Assembly: GCA_964016885.1 (NCBI GenBank)
Contig: OZ024754.1
Location: 46,066,001-46,130,000 of the forward strand
From: Eledone cirrhosa
Taxonomy: Eukaryota
Direction: 5' to 3'
Length of the DNA stretch: 64,000 nt
This document shows positions 1 to 14,005 of this stretch, piece by piece. The position numbers and the translations under genes were made by a program. The first letter of the stretch is position 1. Each line of letters begins with the position of its first letter. Below the pieces are notes generated by a model that searched no databases, was not told where the DNA came from, and saw only the letters and a program-made list of their open reading frames with translations.

Positions 1-477
1 TATAAAATCCATGGGTCCGAAAATCAGAGACAGAGAGGACGACTTACCAACTAGCTGCTTTCACCTCGGTCAGTCGCCCTCAAGTGATGGCAACTCGGTC
101 TACTAATGACCATCTGGTGAGTGGGCGAAGGCTTATAATGTACTACCACCTCTCCGTCAGAGAATAAAAAGAGAAGAAAGAGAGAAAGAAAGAAGAAAAG
201 TCAATGTAAGGGTCACACTACAGTCATGCTAGAAAACGCCGCGAAAAATGTTATTCCAAAGAACCTGTTTTAACAAAGGCATATATATGGGTGTCTGTAT
301 GGTCTAATGTGTGAACAGAAAATTGGAACGTTAACTTATGTTAAGAGTTATAGGATGAAATTAAATTATTAGAAAATTAATAGAAAATTAAAGGTTTGTG
401 TTGCGAGATTTATTTAATGAAATTACAGAGAGAGTCTTATATGAAAAAGTTTAAGTGTATTATAGGGAATTGACTAA

Positions 478-530
<53 letters not shown>

Positions 531-712
531 TAAGTTATTCCGGGTTGAATCGGAGGTAACCACAGTAAGTAAGGTACTCAATACATAGCAGAGTATAAAA
601 GTTTTAATATAGATGAGATTCTACAGGACTAGAACTGTTTCATTCTTTAGAAATCATATATATACATATGCATATACGTAAATATATAATATATATATAT
701 ATATATACATAC

Positions 713-831
<119 letters not shown>

Positions 832-934
832 CGTGCGTGTGTGTGCGTGTGTGCGTGTGTGTGTGTATGTATGTGTATGTGTGTGTATGTATGTGTATGT
901 GTGTGTAATGGTGTTTGTGTGTAAAGAGGTGAAA

Positions 935-1190
935 TCGTGTAGTTTAGTGGTTAGGGTCTTTGGCTGTTGATCGAAATATGGTGAGTTAGATTTTCGTGTT
1001 ACGTCCTGTCCTTGAGCAAGACACATTATTTCACGTTGCTTCAGTCCATTGAAATGGTACGAGTTGCAACTATAATCGAAAGGGCCGCCCTTGTTATACA
1101 CTGTATAATGTTGAATCTCCCTCAGAACTAAATTAAGGGTGCACGTGTCTGTGATATTCTCACTCACGTTAATTTCATGGATAACTTGTT
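935..1190 (+). mobile_element. tRNA-derived SINE family B (Meta-like core)
   Basis: gtgtagtttagtggttaggg head; tgtccttgagcaagacac..atttcacgttgcttcagtcca core; a related tail fragment is on the minus strand at ~7110-7215. Confidence 0.7.
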
Positions 1191-1511
1191 TGTTTGTTCG
1201 AGAAACTGAAACACTCGTCGTCTGTACCGACGGAGGTTCTTCATACATTCATTTAAGAATATAATTTAGTGTGTGTGTGTGTGTGTGTGTGTCTGCGTTA
1301 ATATGATGGTCCCTCTATTTGCGGTCGTATGTGTTGTGTGTGCGTCTGTGTTAATTATATGTATATGTATTCAACATAATACATACATATGAACATGCAT
1401 GCATAAACACACACATACATATATATACTGACACACACACACATACATACACACATACATATATATACTGACATACATACATAGATACATACATATATAT
1501 ACTGACATACA

Positions 1512-1574
<63 letters not shown>

Positions 1575-1675
1575 GCATATATATATACTGACATACATAC
1601 ATACATATATACATACATATACTGACATACATACATACATACATACATACATACATACATACATACATACATACA

Positions 1676-1711
<36 letters not shown>

Positions 1712-1869
1712 CTGACATACATACATACATATATACATACATACATGAGGGGAGTGTTGGCAGAGATATTATGTTGTCGTTGTTTGTTTACATTAAAATT
1801 TAAATATACATTTGAATTAAATTAAGCATATATTCATCTGTGTGAATAATTAGATAGATTTATTTGTAA

Positions 1870-1912
<43 letters not shown>

Positions 1913-1926
1913 TGTTTATGTGTGTG

Positions 1927-1973
<47 letters not shown>

Positions 1974-1979
1974 GTATGT

Positions 1980-2029
<50 letters not shown>

Positions 2030-2205
2030 CTATGTATATGTGAATGTATGTGTATATATGTGTATGTATGTATGTATTTAGTGGCTATGGTGGCTGTGGG
2101 GAGGGGGGGGGTATATGATGATGATGAGGTATTTGGCAATGAAGCAGAAAAAGTTGTTCCGCCAATAACTTCCGCAAAGTACCAGAATGGCGAAAGAGGA
2201 AAAGC

Positions 2206-2239
<34 letters not shown>

Positions 2240-2256
2240 TTATATATATGTGTCTG

Positions 2257-2290
<34 letters not shown>

Positions 2291-2359
2291 ATTTCGAAAT
2301 TAGTCGGTAAATTAAATCACAAATGTTTGTAGTTTTTCGCTTATTTATATTAATTAGAA

Positions 2360-2900
2360 TTCCTTTATTGAGCGCCAGGGCCGAAACACTGGGGATAACA
2401 CAAATAATACAAATAAACAGGGATAATGAGGATTTACATTCATCGAGGAAACAGAAAAACACAGATAACAAAATAACAATGAATTAATATCAGCAGAATT
2501 AGCCAAAAATTGGGGGGTGAGAGGAGTACTACCCAAGTGTTAATTTAGGACAGATCCGAAGTTACCCTGATCACCATGAGCCCGAAAGGAAAATGTCCTT
2601 CCCGTCTCTGTTGTCTTTCACTTGGGTCATTCGGACTACATTCACCTACCTTTTAGCAAATAAACTAGTGGATGGGGGCAGCAATTCCCTCTCCACATTA
2701 ACTTTCCTTCCCAAATAGAACTTGAAAAATAAATGAGAGCTCTGTCGAGGAAGAATGTGTCTCTCTTCAATGTTTTCCGTCTCGCCCATCTCCCATCCTC
2801 GTTACCAATAGCCACAAAATAAAAGAAAAGTGTTTGCCCTTCCCAACCAAAAGAAAGAGACGGGCAGTCTTCGGGGTGGTGTCGGACAATATCCTTACAC
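2360..2900 (-). pseudogene. Old 5'-truncated Tx1-like ORF2 C-terminus + 3' UTR
   Basis: EGQTLFFYFVAIGNEDGRWARRKTLKRDTFFLDRALIYF aligns by eye with EAEAVFLCVIAMAKEVVWWTRLKGLRSGTFLSGQQLVRF. The end ctttattgagcgccaggg resembles cttttatttgccactaggg at the 3' end of the full copy. Confidence 0.75.
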
Positions 2901-3574
2901 ATCATGAGCCAAGCCTGAGAAAAAACAGATAGATTGATAACGAAAACCTTAGAACTTACAAATATATACAGCATATAGAAAATAGCACGACTAGACAGTG
3001 TATACATATTAGGAAAGGTACTCGCAACAACAACAACAACAACAACAATTACAACAGAAATCACGATTGTTAACACATAAAGAATGTTTCAATCTATTAG
3101 ATCCAGAATGTTTCATCAAATATCTATCTAGAGATGCGTGCTATCTTTTTATCATACGTACACATGATTTCAAACTAGGTGTTATATAATTCTTTCTTTC
3201 TTTTGAAATAACTAAAATCATTTAAAAAGAAAACGAATCTTTATTATCTGGTAGTCTTTTTATCTACCTTGAAAGGATAAAAGGTAAACTATAATTAAAT
3301 TGTACCCAATAATATTCCTTAATATTATTAAAATCTCATTAGATCCAATTAATATTCCATTAATTTATATATTTTTGTTTCAGTTTTGACTATTAATCCT
3401 ATAATTATAAGTCGGAAATTAAACTCTCACCTAACTTACATTTTTACATTTTATTTGCAAGAATTAAATTGGATTACCAATATAATTTCCTTGTAGCATC
3501 TATATATCGTTCCCTTATCTTTTTTGATATTAATATATTTCTTCATCCAGAAAATGTTTAATCTAAATATCACG

Positions 3575-3730
3575 AGGTGGTGAATTGGTAGAGCGTTAGA
3601 ACGTCGGATAGAATACTTTGTAGCATTCCAGCTCTCTGTTCTCTGAGTTCAAATCCCACCGAAGTCAGCTTTGCCTTTCATCCATTCGAGGTCTATAAAA
3701 AAAAGTACCAGTCTAGTACTAGAGTCGATT
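3575..3730 (+). mobile_element. tRNA-derived SINE family A (Nin/Deu-like core)
   Basis: A-box tggtagagcgttag, B-box gagttcaaatccc, core tttgcctttcatcc..ggtc.ataaaa..agtaccag. Confidence 0.8.
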
Positions 3731-3954
3731 CTCTCTCTCTCTCTCTCTCTATCCGCCTCTGGAAAAAATCTGCCGAAGGGACGCCATATATCAATACATA
3801 GTTGGGACCATACCTTACCATACTATAAATATAACGGCGTTTCTCATTGGCTATTCATTACCCCGGACATAATGCTCGTTAAAGGTGTTATATAATTCTT
3901 TCTGTCTTTTGAAATAACTAAAATCATTTAAAAAGAAAACAAATCTTTATTATC

Positions 3955-4095
3955 TGGTAGTCTTTTTATCTACCTTGAAAGGATAAAAGGTAAATTGCAC
4001 CTCGATGGAATTTGAACTCCGAGCGGTATGAGCTAGAAAAAATACCACAAAGCATTCAATCCTACGTTCTAACGACTCTACTAATTAGTCTCCTC
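3955..4095 (-). mobile_element. SINE family A
   Basis: Reverse complement of the family A head and core. Confidence 0.65.
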
Positions 4096-4861
4096 ACGAT
4101 CGAGTAAATGACAAAGGTTGAGAGTCTTTGACTTAGATTTTATGATAGAAAACATGATTTGCTTTTTGTGTTGTTTTTATATTTCTTCAAACAAGATTTC
4201 TATCGGTTTAAATTAATCCATAAAATGAAAAAGATAGTATTCAATATTACAGGCTTCAATTATCAACAGATGCAGTAGCAAAATAATGAAAGAAATATAT
4301 TTGATATAAATCTTCTAATTTCTACAAGAGCCTAAATAGCAAGTAAATGAGATATTGTTGAAAGAAATGGTGTGGTGTGGGGCGGGGGAGGAAAGAAACG
4401 AAGTAAAAGAACTCTGCTAATTCATGAAAATTGAATTGAAATTAAAAAAATCAACGAATCAAAAAGCAACATTTCCACCAAGCAACATAAAGATGAAGGG
4501 GGTGATTAAAAATATAAGAAATTTATAAAAGTAGAAAATAAAAACTTATACAAAAATAGGAAACGACATTTTAAAGAATAAAGACATTTGAGAAAAGGAT
4601 AAAACAGTTCAAGTAAAAAGTAGAATATTCCGAAGAGATCTATATCAAATATTTATTTTTACATGAAGTTTAAAAAATTAAATTATAAAATTCCGAATAC
4701 CTTAAACTGAAAAAATAACAGAATATTGACTAATTTCTTGGACTGAAAACTAGACGTAAATTAAGAAAATATATTATATGAGGTAAGAGTGCATGCGTAT
4801 GTGTGACTATGTGTGTGTGTGACTATATGTGTGTGACTGTGTGTGACTATGTGTGTGTGTG

Positions 4862-4938
<77 letters not shown>

Positions 4939-5131
4939 GTGTGTCTTTATTTTATATTTTTGCATATTAATCAGAGTAAATTCACGCTGTGGCGACAGTA
5001 CAATTATACAAGATGGTATCATTTGTCTAATAAAATGAAGAATTTTGGCACCGCCTATAGCAGCATAGTTCGTATGTATACTGTGTGTGTATATACATAT
5101 ATATATATATTATATATATTTATATATGTGT

Positions 5132-5194
<63 letters not shown>

Positions 5195-5545
5195 ATATAT
5201 ACAGAGCTGTTGCCCATATTTAAAGGTTTTGAGCAGTTCGCTGTAGTCGAGCGCACGCATCGTTGCGTCTAAAATAATGCACACACATGCACATGCACAC
5301 ACGCGCGCACGCACGCACGCAAACACACACGCACGCATACATACACACACGTATATATATGTGTGTTTCTATATGTATGAGTGTGTGTGTGTATGTATGT
5401 GTGTCTGTCAGTTTTCCTGTGTGTAAATACATACGCAAATACGTACCATTTCTACATAACGTACAAATATATATGAATATATAGTAAAATAGAGCAAAAA
5501 TATATATTCATGTGCATACACACATACACACATACACACATATAT

Positions 5546-5622
<77 letters not shown>

Positions 5623-5683
5623 CACACACACATACACACACAAACTTCTGCTAGCAGGCAATTACTATATTGTGTGTGTGTAA

Positions 5684-5732
<49 letters not shown>

Positions 5733-6257
5733 TTTCTCGTAGCAAGCAATTACTGTAAAAAATTAACGACCAAGAACAAAAGTTTTTCGCGCATCAACGA
5801 ACAACGTTTATAGAAACAACAAACAAAAAGTGATGGGACATTAATGTCATTTGACATCCATTAGAATATCCATCGTTAATGAAATCATTGAGTATCTACC
5901 CTGCTCTTCAGACAGTGTAAATATCAATGGGATCAAACATTCTGTTCAGCTTAGATGGCCATCTATTTCACTGTGAAACTGCGACACCGCGGCGTTTGTG
6001 TATACAGTAAAGGGCAATCACGTGGTATAAAACCTAACAAATTTCAGACGACATGACTGCTTTCGTTTGTTTCATTTACTTAATATATATATTTAATGTC
6101 GTTTGTTAGTTGGTTGAGAAAACAAATACAGCCGCTTCTCTACCGCCACACCAGCTCCTATACACAAACACACATATATACATATATATATGCGAGTGTG
6201 GTTTGCTTCTATGTTAGTCCGTATAGATAGATAGATAGATAGAAATATATATATTTA

Positions 6258-6342
<85 letters not shown>

Positions 6343-6589
6343 ATATATCGAGCACGTATTCAATATTTTTTTCTGGTATTTAAATGGTGGATTATTATTT
6401 TCTTGTAACGGAATTTATTATTGATCTGGCAGTTAATATAACAAAAGTAACAAACACATACACACACAAACACATATATATATATATGAGTGTGTGTGTG
6501 TGTGTTATATGTGTGTGTGTGTGTCTGTGTGAGCATGGTATATTTTTATCGCGATTATTTTGAGGGGTTGTGGTGCGTGTAGAACCGAT

Positions 6590-7000
6590 GAGTTACCTGG
6601 TTGACTATGCCCCAGTTCAAACCACCATTGCTATTCTCAGTTAAACTACTTCAATATCGTCCAATATTAAAAGCTTTACCAACACCAGGGGAATCATTTT
6701 TTAACATTTGCTGGGTCAATGTTTGGTAAAACAATCTATGAGGGAAACGGTATTCTATAAAGTTAGATGACCTATGTTTTAGAGCTAACTTTCGTTAATG
6801 TTTCCATGTGCAGCTTTGAATATAATTTACTTCGTGACAACGCTATACGAGCGGAAATATACTTCCGTTACATTAATGACATAAACGATCTGTCAACGAT
6901 ATCCGACATGTTCTTGGTCTTAATTAAACTTTGAAAATCCGACTTTAATCATCTACACGCTTCAATTAAGTGTGTGGAGAAAATGTTTTACCAAGAAATT
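6590..7000 (+). pseudogene. Penelope-like RT relic
   Basis: VLELTFVNVSMCSFEYNLL...IYFRYINDI (~6776-6884); compare LGPTFANxxMxxFE...YxRYVDDI. APVQTTIAI lies upstream. Confidence 0.6.
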
Positions 7001-7221
7001 GTTATCATGGTTCACAACAAAACAAAACGACCAAACGTTTCTCTAGAATCCTTCCTCGGAAAAAGATATAGACCTTTACGGGGCTACCAGTGCTCCATTT
7101 TAACAAATGTGCCTGCTCGTGAAATTAATGTGTAAGTCTCTGAGCATTCAACGGATGCTTACATCCATAACGTAGTTCTCGGGGAGATTCAGCGTGTCAC
7201 AATATGTGACAGTGAGACAGG

Positions 7222-7260
<39 letters not shown>

Positions 7261-7284
7261 TGTGTGTGTGTGTGTGTGAATATG

Positions 7285-7323
<39 letters not shown>

Positions 7324-7846
7324 GACATATATATGTGTGTGTATGCTTATGCGTGCGTGTGTATATAATTATATATATGTACATATATGTGTGTGTATAT
7401 ATATATATGTGTGTGTGTGTGTGTACATGTATGACTGTGTGTATTGAAAAAAATAACATTCCCCAAAATTCATGTAAACAGCAGAAAATTGCTGATTCAC
7501 TGCTGACGTCATGTACCACATGACACCGCTGTAAAGCTCTCTTGTCTCAACATTACATCCACCAAGGATAACTTTCCACTTCAACTGACTTCCAGCTAGA
7601 TGTCTCTTACATCATACAGTTGAACAACCTTTCTCCCTGTATTCTGCCTACATCTATTCCAATTAGTTCAATATACATGCTATATATATGTATATGCATA
7701 TATATGTGTTTGTATATATATATATATATGTATTTATGTATACATATATATATACACTCACACAGATATGCATATATATATGTATATATATATATATATA
7801 TATATTAATATATATATATATGTGTATATATATATTAATATATATG

Positions 7847-7877
<31 letters not shown>

Positions 7878-8310
7878 ATATATATATATGTATATATACG
7901 TATATATATGTATATATTTGTGAGTGTGTGTATATGTATACATAAATACATATATACATATATATACGGAAATACTTCATATATATATATATGTGTGTGT
8001 GTGTGCATGTTTATACATATATAAATATATGTGTATAGATGCATACATACGTATACATATGATATATATATATATATACATACATTATATTCCCACAAGC
8101 ATGGGTTGAGTTTAAAAACAATAAAATATCTTTCAAATTCGTTATAGTTCGTTTATATTGGCTTGTGTGTATGTGTGTGTGTGTGGTTGTGTGGGCGTGT
8201 GTATATTTTGTTGTGTATATGTGTGTGTGTGTAATATTTGAACTATTTATATTCGTGTATCCTTGTTTGTATGTCTGCATCTATACTTGTACATACATAT
8301 ATATATACAT

Positions 8311-8468
<158 letters not shown>

Positions 8469-8531
8469 ATATATATATATGTACGTATATATATATACAC
8501 ATACATACCATACATGCATATATATATATAC

Positions 8532-8593
8532 AGAAGAAGAAGAAGAAGAAGAAGAAGAAGAAGAAGAAGAAGAAGAAGAAGAAGAAGAAGAAG

Positions 8594-8649
<56 letters not shown>

Positions 8650-8678
8650 AAACAACAACAACAACAACAACAACAACA
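8532..8678. repeat. Compound (GAA)n(CAA)n microsatellite (also at 31823-31940)
   Basis: Read directly from the sequence. Confidence 0.95.
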
Positions 8679-9107
8679 ATATCGTCATGTTATACTTTAG
8701 TTGGCATCGAACCAAGTTTTAAAAATATTTACCAATATTTCATAAACCAAAAATATTTGCCGTGTTTGGCCAGAATTTTTCTTAAAATAAAACATTTTTC
8801 TTCCTAATTTTTACTTTTATCCTTTATTTTATTCTATTTATTGTTGTTTGTATTGTTTGTTTGTTTGTTTGTTTGTTTGTTTGTTTGTTTGTTTGTTTGT
8901 TTGTGTGGAGTTTTTTGTGTGTTTTTGGAGCGATTTCCTGATTTACTTCGTGGGTTTATTTTTTTTATTCTTTATTTGTGTATTTATTAACTTATTGTTT
9001 TTTTATATTTTTATTCTTATTATTGTTGCTATTATTATTGTGATTGTTAATATCATTATTGTGGCTTTTCTTTTATTATTATCATTACTTTATTATCATT
9101 ACGTTTC

Positions 9108-9160
<53 letters not shown>

Positions 9161-9167
9161 GTTGTTA

Positions 9168-9199
<32 letters not shown>

Positions 9200-9429
9200 C
9201 GCTGGTACTGCTTCAAGTACGATAAAGTTCTTTCTATATTTGGAATCCGATTAATATTACAGCAGCAATAACATCAGCAGCAACAATAAAAACAATAAGA
9301 ACAACAACAACATTAACGGTGGCAGTGGTGGAGGTTGTGGCAGTGATGTTTGTGGTGGTGTTAGTGGTGGTGGTGGTGGTGGTGGTTGTAGTGGTGGAGG
9401 TTGTGGCAGCAGAGGCGACAACGACAGCA

Positions 9430-9890
9430 GCAGCAATATAACTAAGAAGTAACAGCAGCAGCAACAACATCAGCAGCAACATAACTAAGAAGTAACAGCA
9501 GCAGCAGCAGCAATATAACTAAGAAGTAACAGCAGCAGCAGCAACAACATCAGCAGCAATATAACTAAGAAGTAACAGCAGCAGCAACAACATCAGTAGC
9601 AACATAACTAAGAAGTAACAGCAGCAGCAACAACATCAGCAGCAACATAACTAAGTAGTAACAGCAGCAGCAATATAACTAAGAAGTAACAGCAGCAGCA
9701 ACAACATCAGCAGCAATATAACTAAGTAGTAACAGCAGCAGCAACAACATCAGCAGCAACATAACTAAGAAGTAACAGCAGCAACATAATTAAGTGGTAA
9801 CAGCAGCAGCAACATAACTAAGTAGTAACAGTAGCAGTAACAACAGCAGCAGCAACATAACTAAGAAGTAACAGCAACAACAGCAACAGC
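9430..9890. repeat. Variable 27-45-bp minisatellite built on CAG/CAA
   Basis: ataactaagaagtaacagcagcagcaacaacatcagcagca. Confidence 0.9.
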
Positions 9891-10144
9891 AGTATCAACA
9901 ACAACATTACCTTAGCCATCATATCTACTCTCCTAATAAAAAGCAGCTCCAAATAAACCATGACAAAACTTTATGGTTAATGCAGGATCATGTTTTGAAA
10001 CCTACGGTAGCAATCAACTGCGTTGATCAGACATTGATATCTCAACTCTGTTCATAATATAGAGCACTATTTTTCCTTCATCCTTTTTTCAGAAACCCTT
10101 GACACTACATATATATATACATATATATATGTATATATATGTGT

Positions 10145-10247
<103 letters not shown>

Positions 10248-11044
10248 TTACTACATTATGTATATATATATATAACGTAGACAGTAAAGTAAAAAAACTG
10301 TTCATGTGTCTTGAGTTGTTGGCAATAACTTAGAAGTTCTGTATCTGTGTAATCTACGTCAATCTCCAAACATGATTATTGATGGGAAGAGACCAACCAA
10401 GTTCCCTGACCAATTATTCGCTAAAACGCGGTACAATTTCCAAGTGCAGCTAACACCAAATTATTTATGAATGTTAACAAGACGTACATTGTTATAGTTA
10501 CTTTCGAAAGTTTTCTCACCTGCCCTGCGTATAAACTATACACGTTTTATATATCGGTCATGTACTTCACATTATTTTACTATATGTATCTTTGTTCGCC
10601 CACCACCAGAAAGCTGAATCAAACTTTCATTTCTCTACGTCTTACGGTAACCTTCTATCAATCTAACTATCTATCTATCTCTTTCTCTATCTAGCTATCT
10701 GTCTCTCTATTTCTCTAGTTATCTAGCTAGCTAGCTAGCTATCTATCTCTCTATCTCACTTTCTATCTATATATATATTTCTATCTACCTCTATCTCTAT
10801 CACTATCTATTTATCTCTATCTCTCCCTCTCTATCTATATTTTTATACAATTTTTCTTCTCCTTTCCCATTATTATTTTCTCTCTTTTGTTTAAAATTGT
10901 TGCAAATTTAAGCTATTTCGCATCAAGAAATTCGTTAACACTGAAAAGTTTGCTTTGAATGCAATAACTTAGATAGGCCATGAAAATATTGTAATTTGGG
11001 TAGAAGTTGGGGGGGGGGGGAGGACAAAGCTTGTTAAACCAACA

Positions 11045-11345
11045 TCAGTACTTAACTGGTACTTCATTTTATCGACCCAGGAAAGATGAAAGGCAAAGTT
11101 GACCTCTGTTAGTCCGGCAAAACGGATAATTCGACAAGGATTTGGAACAAAATGTGCTGAAGAAATCGATGCTGTGCTTGTACTATGATTACTGAGAACA
11201 AGATCAGTAGAGACTTGGACAAAATATCTTGTGGCATTTAGTTACCTCCCCTTTGCGTTCTGAGTTCAAATCTCACTGCTGCTAACTTTGCGTTTCATAG
11301 TCCCGTCTTCGATCAAATAAAATACCAGTTATGTACTGATGTCGA
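11045..11345. mobile_element. Two SINE family A pieces (minus-strand core at 11045-11105, plus-strand copy at 11200-11345)
   Basis: ctggtacttcattttatcgacc..gatgaaaggcaaagttgacc and ctgagttcaaat..ctttgcgtttcat. Confidence 0.7.
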
Positions 11346-11674
11346 GATATTTATGTATGATTCTTCCTACGCCAGAAATCAATATTATCCTTAATTGTTG
11401 TTATAGATTCCATTATCAATTTCTCAATTAGTTTTCATTAATTCTGGATAATTTATCGTTAATTCAAAAGAAATCAATATTTTCTCCGGCATCTATCAAG
11501 AAGATATGATAGATCACCTAAACAGAAACTTCCACAAATGCCTGCTTATTCATAAACATTCTCTTCTCTCTCGTTCTCTCTGTATACATAGCTCGGTAGT
11601 AATATTTGTGTATAAATGGCAGGAGTTGAATTATGTATGAATGTCTCTATAGTAATATACAGACATACATAGTA

Positions 11675-11785
11675 TAGTAATGTGTGTATATAGTAATATG
11701 TGTATATAGTAATATGTGTATATAGTAATATGTGTATATAGTAATATGTGTATATAGTAACATGTGTATATAGTAATATGTATAG
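11675..11785. repeat. 16-bp minisatellite
   Basis: tagtaatatgtgtata. Confidence 0.9.
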
Positions 11786-12065
11786 ATATACGTGTGTATT
11801 AAATCGAGTTTCTCCGATATATGTAAATATACGTTTATCTGTTTCTGAAAGGTTTTATCAAGTACATATGAAGGTAACGAAAGAACGCCTAACCCTAACC
11901 CTAACCATCAGTAAATGTTTGTAGCTATTACCATACAAAGTGGAGTCTTACCAAGATTGTCTTCTGTCATTCTTTAAGACTATATATATGTGTGTGTGTG
12001 TGTATTTGTGTTTACATATACATACGCACACACACGCACCCATACGTATCACACACACATATATG

Positions 12066-12099
<34 letters not shown>

Positions 12100-12109
12100 C
12101 ATATATATG

Positions 12110-12217
<108 letters not shown>

Positions 12218-12239
12218 CATATATACATATATATATATC

Positions 12240-12277
<38 letters not shown>

Positions 12278-12374
12278 TGTGTGTGTGTGTGTGTATTTGC
12301 ATGTGTATTATTGTTTGGGAACCATTTGTCATTTGTGTGAGTATATATATATATGTATGTGTGTATGTATATAG

Positions 12375-12405
<31 letters not shown>

Positions 12406-12877
12406 TGTATGTATGTATGTAGAGCGAGATGGGAGAGGTCGTTGAATGTAGACAGTACAGATGGCTAAGTATTGGCCAATATGTTCTCTATAATGACGAA
12501 ACCCCACGCAACCCATCCAACCCACATAACCCACACAACCTATCCAACCCACACAATTCATCCGCCTCTATTTCAGCTAAAATATAATGTGGACTAATTA
12601 CATATAATGTCTAGCTCACAAGTGTCTTATGTAGCATAAACTCTCTTGAATTGTATTGGAACAGATCATTGGCAATACCATTAAGCCCAGACAAGATGAA
12701 ATAATCGACATATTATAGCAAAGCTAGTGAAGTCTGTATTAAACATGTTCTGTTTAGCTTTAGCAAACAGCTGCATTAAATCTAGCTCAATTCTACTATT
12801 GGCTTCTGATCTTCTGTTAGAAGGAGGGGAGCAGAATTGTTAGGGAGGCAGGTATATAAACATGCATGCCTTTGTTG

Positions 12878-13110
12878 AGCCGGTGCTTTTCCCGGTTTCA
12901 TAGTGTGAAGTGACTGACAGTACAAGACTCTCCCCTGGACAGGACGTCAGTCTATCGCTGGGTTATAATCCCCAGCTATTGCTGGTACTCATTTTCAGCT
13001 AAGAATACTGGAGCAACGTGAAATAAAGTGTTTTGCTCAAGAACACAACATGCAACCCAGCCCAGTAATCGAACCCACGACATTATGATCGTAAGTCCAC
13101 GTGCCTTCAC
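12878..13110 (-). mobile_element. SINE family B (Meta-like core, different tail)
   Basis: Minus strand: ggttcgat..gttgtgttcttgagcaaaacactttatttcacgttgctccag..aaatgagtacc..gaaaccggg. Confidence 0.75.
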
Positions 13111-13224
13111 CAGGTAAATATGCACACCTTTAATAATTGACATTCAATGTATTTTTGTTTAGTTTTTGTTGATTTTTAGTTGTTTATTGGGGGGGGTAGT
13201 ATTTACTTAAGCCAATAAAGAAAT

Positions 13225-13800
13225 CGCTGCTTCACCGCTTGACCTGCTATAAATAGCAGTCAAATTTATTCAAATCGTAACTAAATACTGGTGTTACATG
13301 TATGAAAGACACGCCTATCCTTGGACAACGTAATGAGAAAGCCTCTACATAGTCATTCGACCTGCTAAAAGTATCAGCCAACTTTCCCTCAAATCGAAAC
13401 AGGAAACGTAACAAGCCAACAAACGAACTGCAATTCGGTCGTGCGACCTGTTAGAAATAGCAGCTGGTTATTCCTAATATCACACGCTACTATCTTTTGA
13501 AAATGGAAGGACATATTGCGCACTGTAGTCCGAGATTCTCTTTGTCTGAAAGCAAGGATGTGATGGTGACGGTTGAAATGCATTTGATCTCTCAGTTTTA
13601 AAATGGTTTAGGGGTTAAACAACATATCCAAGTTATCCTACCTTGAATTAGTGGTCTGTTAGATCAAAGATGGCTTGAGGGTTAAACAACATTGAATCAG
13701 TGGTCTCTTGGATCAAAGATGGTTTGAAAGTGACACAACACACCCAAGATACCCTACCTTGAATCAGCAACTAGAGAAAATGAAAGAGAAAATAAGACGT
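13225..13800. repeat. Cluster of a dispersed repeat with a gacctgctagaaatagcagc hairpin motif
   Basis: Motif at ~13242, 13359 and 13445; also at ~29125 (-), ~52820 (-) and ~58530. Confidence 0.6.
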
Positions 13801-13819
13801 GAATGTCATGGTTGTAATA

Positions 13820-14005
13820 CAGTGAAATTCCATTATAACGAAATTCACGGGACATAATAAGTTCGTTGTAACGAAAAACTATTTATAACGAGATCGACCG
13901 AAACAAATCGAGTGTTTGTTTGTTATTACCTCGGGGATAGAAAATAAAGTTCGTTATACTGAAAAATTCATTATAATGGTATTCGTTATAACGGCATTGC
14001 TCTTG
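13820..14005. mobile_element. Tigger/pogo-like MITE
   Basis: TA-cagtgaaattccattataacgaa ... ttcgttataacggcattgctcttg-TA, with internal ataacg/cgttat repeats. Confidence 0.65.

Noticed and set aside
1-190. Possible further Tx1 fragment (GPMD-like on the minus strand)
   Set aside because: Only a few matching bases, and the sequence is cut by the window edge.
3575-3670. SINE heads as tRNA genes
   Set aside because: A/B boxes are present, but there is no cloverleaf and the heads run into SINE cores.
9430-9890. CRISPR-like recurrence of ataactaagaagtaacagc
   Set aside because: The intervening sequences are CAG/CAA length variants, not unique spacers. The context is eukaryotic and there are no cas genes.
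11888-11906. (CCTAAC)3 telomere-like repeat
   Set aside because: Too short to imply a telomeric origin or a chromosome fusion.
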